Assembly: GCA_964036045.1 (NCBI GenBank)
Contig: OZ038378.1
Location: 200,260,001 to 200,324,000, forward strand
Direction of reading: 5' to 3'
From: Eutreptiella sp. 'Long Island Sound 2002'
Lineage: Eukaryota; Protista; Euglenida
Length of the DNA: 64,000 nucleotides
Part shown: positions 63,141-64,000 of the stretch, piece by piece
Numbering within the stretch: the first letter of the stretch is position 1
Layout of the letters: each line of letters opens with the position of its first letter
Made by a program: the position numbers and the translations under genes
Notes under the pieces: model-generated
What the model was told of the DNA's origin: nothing
Database searches by the model: none
The model's input: only the letters and a program-made list of their open reading frames with translations

Positions 63141-64000
63141 GTAAGTCTTGATTACGTTTGGGTTAGGTAGCAGGAGGTCCATCCTGAAGCCAGCAGCACG
63201 GCTGCCCCAGGTTTGCCAGTTGGTACTTCTGGGTAAACACCCTTTGCTGCGTTTTGTGGAAGTGCGTGTCTAGGAAGAGAGAGGGGTTTTGGCATGTCGC
63301 CTTGGTGTGTTGTTCTCGTGTGGCCTGTGCAGGAGGATGCAGTGGCGTTCTTGGTACTAGAGAGTCATTTACCGGCGTTGCACTGTTCCTCTGTGGGTGT
63401 GTGTTGGGGGATGGCCCCACCCCACCCCACCCCAGCCCGTCGCTTTTGCTCGTGTTGTGCCTGTGGTAGTTTACCCACCGGCAATCGTCAGCCTTCAAAA
63501 GCATGTGATGATGGTATATTGGACAACTTCAGTGCATCGGGTAGAGGGCCAGTCCACAGCCAGGGACCGCTGCAGCGCCACCGCAGCCAACAAGCCCCGT
63601 TGGGATTTGCTGTACCCCAGCACAAGACAGCGCTGTCGTCGGAGATGTGTGACCCCCTCTCCGGTTTTACATGTCCATTGGTCCGGGTTTGGGCGTGGGA
63701 CCAGGAAGCCCTCCGGCAAAAAGTGGCGGTGGCACCGAGATGAGGGCAGGGGGGTGAGCATGGGGTGAAGGTTATGAACGTGCAGAAGGGGCTCAGATCA
63801 ATGGATGATGGATGAAAACGCACGTCGTGTGCCGCGGGTCAACGGCTGGTGATGGCCTAGAGCCCAAAGCCCGAGGCTGGCGCAAGAAGTGCGACGCATC
63901 CGACGCGCACAACGTGGCGTGAGGGCCCGCACTGCGCACCAGCAAGCGCAAGGGCCGGCACCGCCACACGACGGCACGAGGGCGTCCCTGGGCCGCGGCA

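Noticed and set aside
63800-64000. GC-rich window end that may be the 3' part of a minus-strand exon
   Set aside because: Too short and truncated to assign
1-64000. tRNA, rRNA, spliced-leader RNA or hammerhead ribozyme genes
   Set aside because: No recognisable spliced-leader sequence, cloverleaf or CTGATGA/GAAA core with supporting stems was found by eye; a covariance-model scan would be needed to exclude them.

Overview
Repeat-rich eukaryotic nuclear DNA, most likely from a photosynthetic euglenid (Eutreptiella/Euglena-like). This is inferred from a bipartite plastid-targeting leader, TTAGGG repeats and an intron with euglenid non-canonical borders. Five apparently intact minus-strand genes are present: (1) a SpoU/TrmH RNA 2'-O-methyltransferase split by an ~8.2-kb repeat-filled intron, (2) an intronless BTB/POZ + Kelch-like protein, (3) a spliced TRF1-like Myb + acidic-tract protein, (4) a GLOD4-like glyoxalase-domain protein with a signal peptide and C-terminal AEEL, and (5) a plastid-targeted DUF1824-like protein bracketed by a 342-bp inverted repeat (341/342 identical). 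The most unusual block is ~26.7-37.8 kb. It is a decayed, intron-containing, all-minus-strand cluster containing a KDZ (Kyakuja-Dileera-Zisupton)-like transposase remnant, a frameshifted SET domain and the intact telomere-type Myb gene, and it looks like a large chromatin-cargo transposon. Elsewhere there are ~1.1-kb elements sitting at TTAGGG clusters, RNase H-bearing LINE remnants, several MITEs with target-site duplications, and four tandem satellites (~52, ~85, ~105, ~190 bp). Most ORFs in the supplied track are repeat-derived or shadow ORFs. All protein family calls come from motif recognition by eye; no database searches were run.
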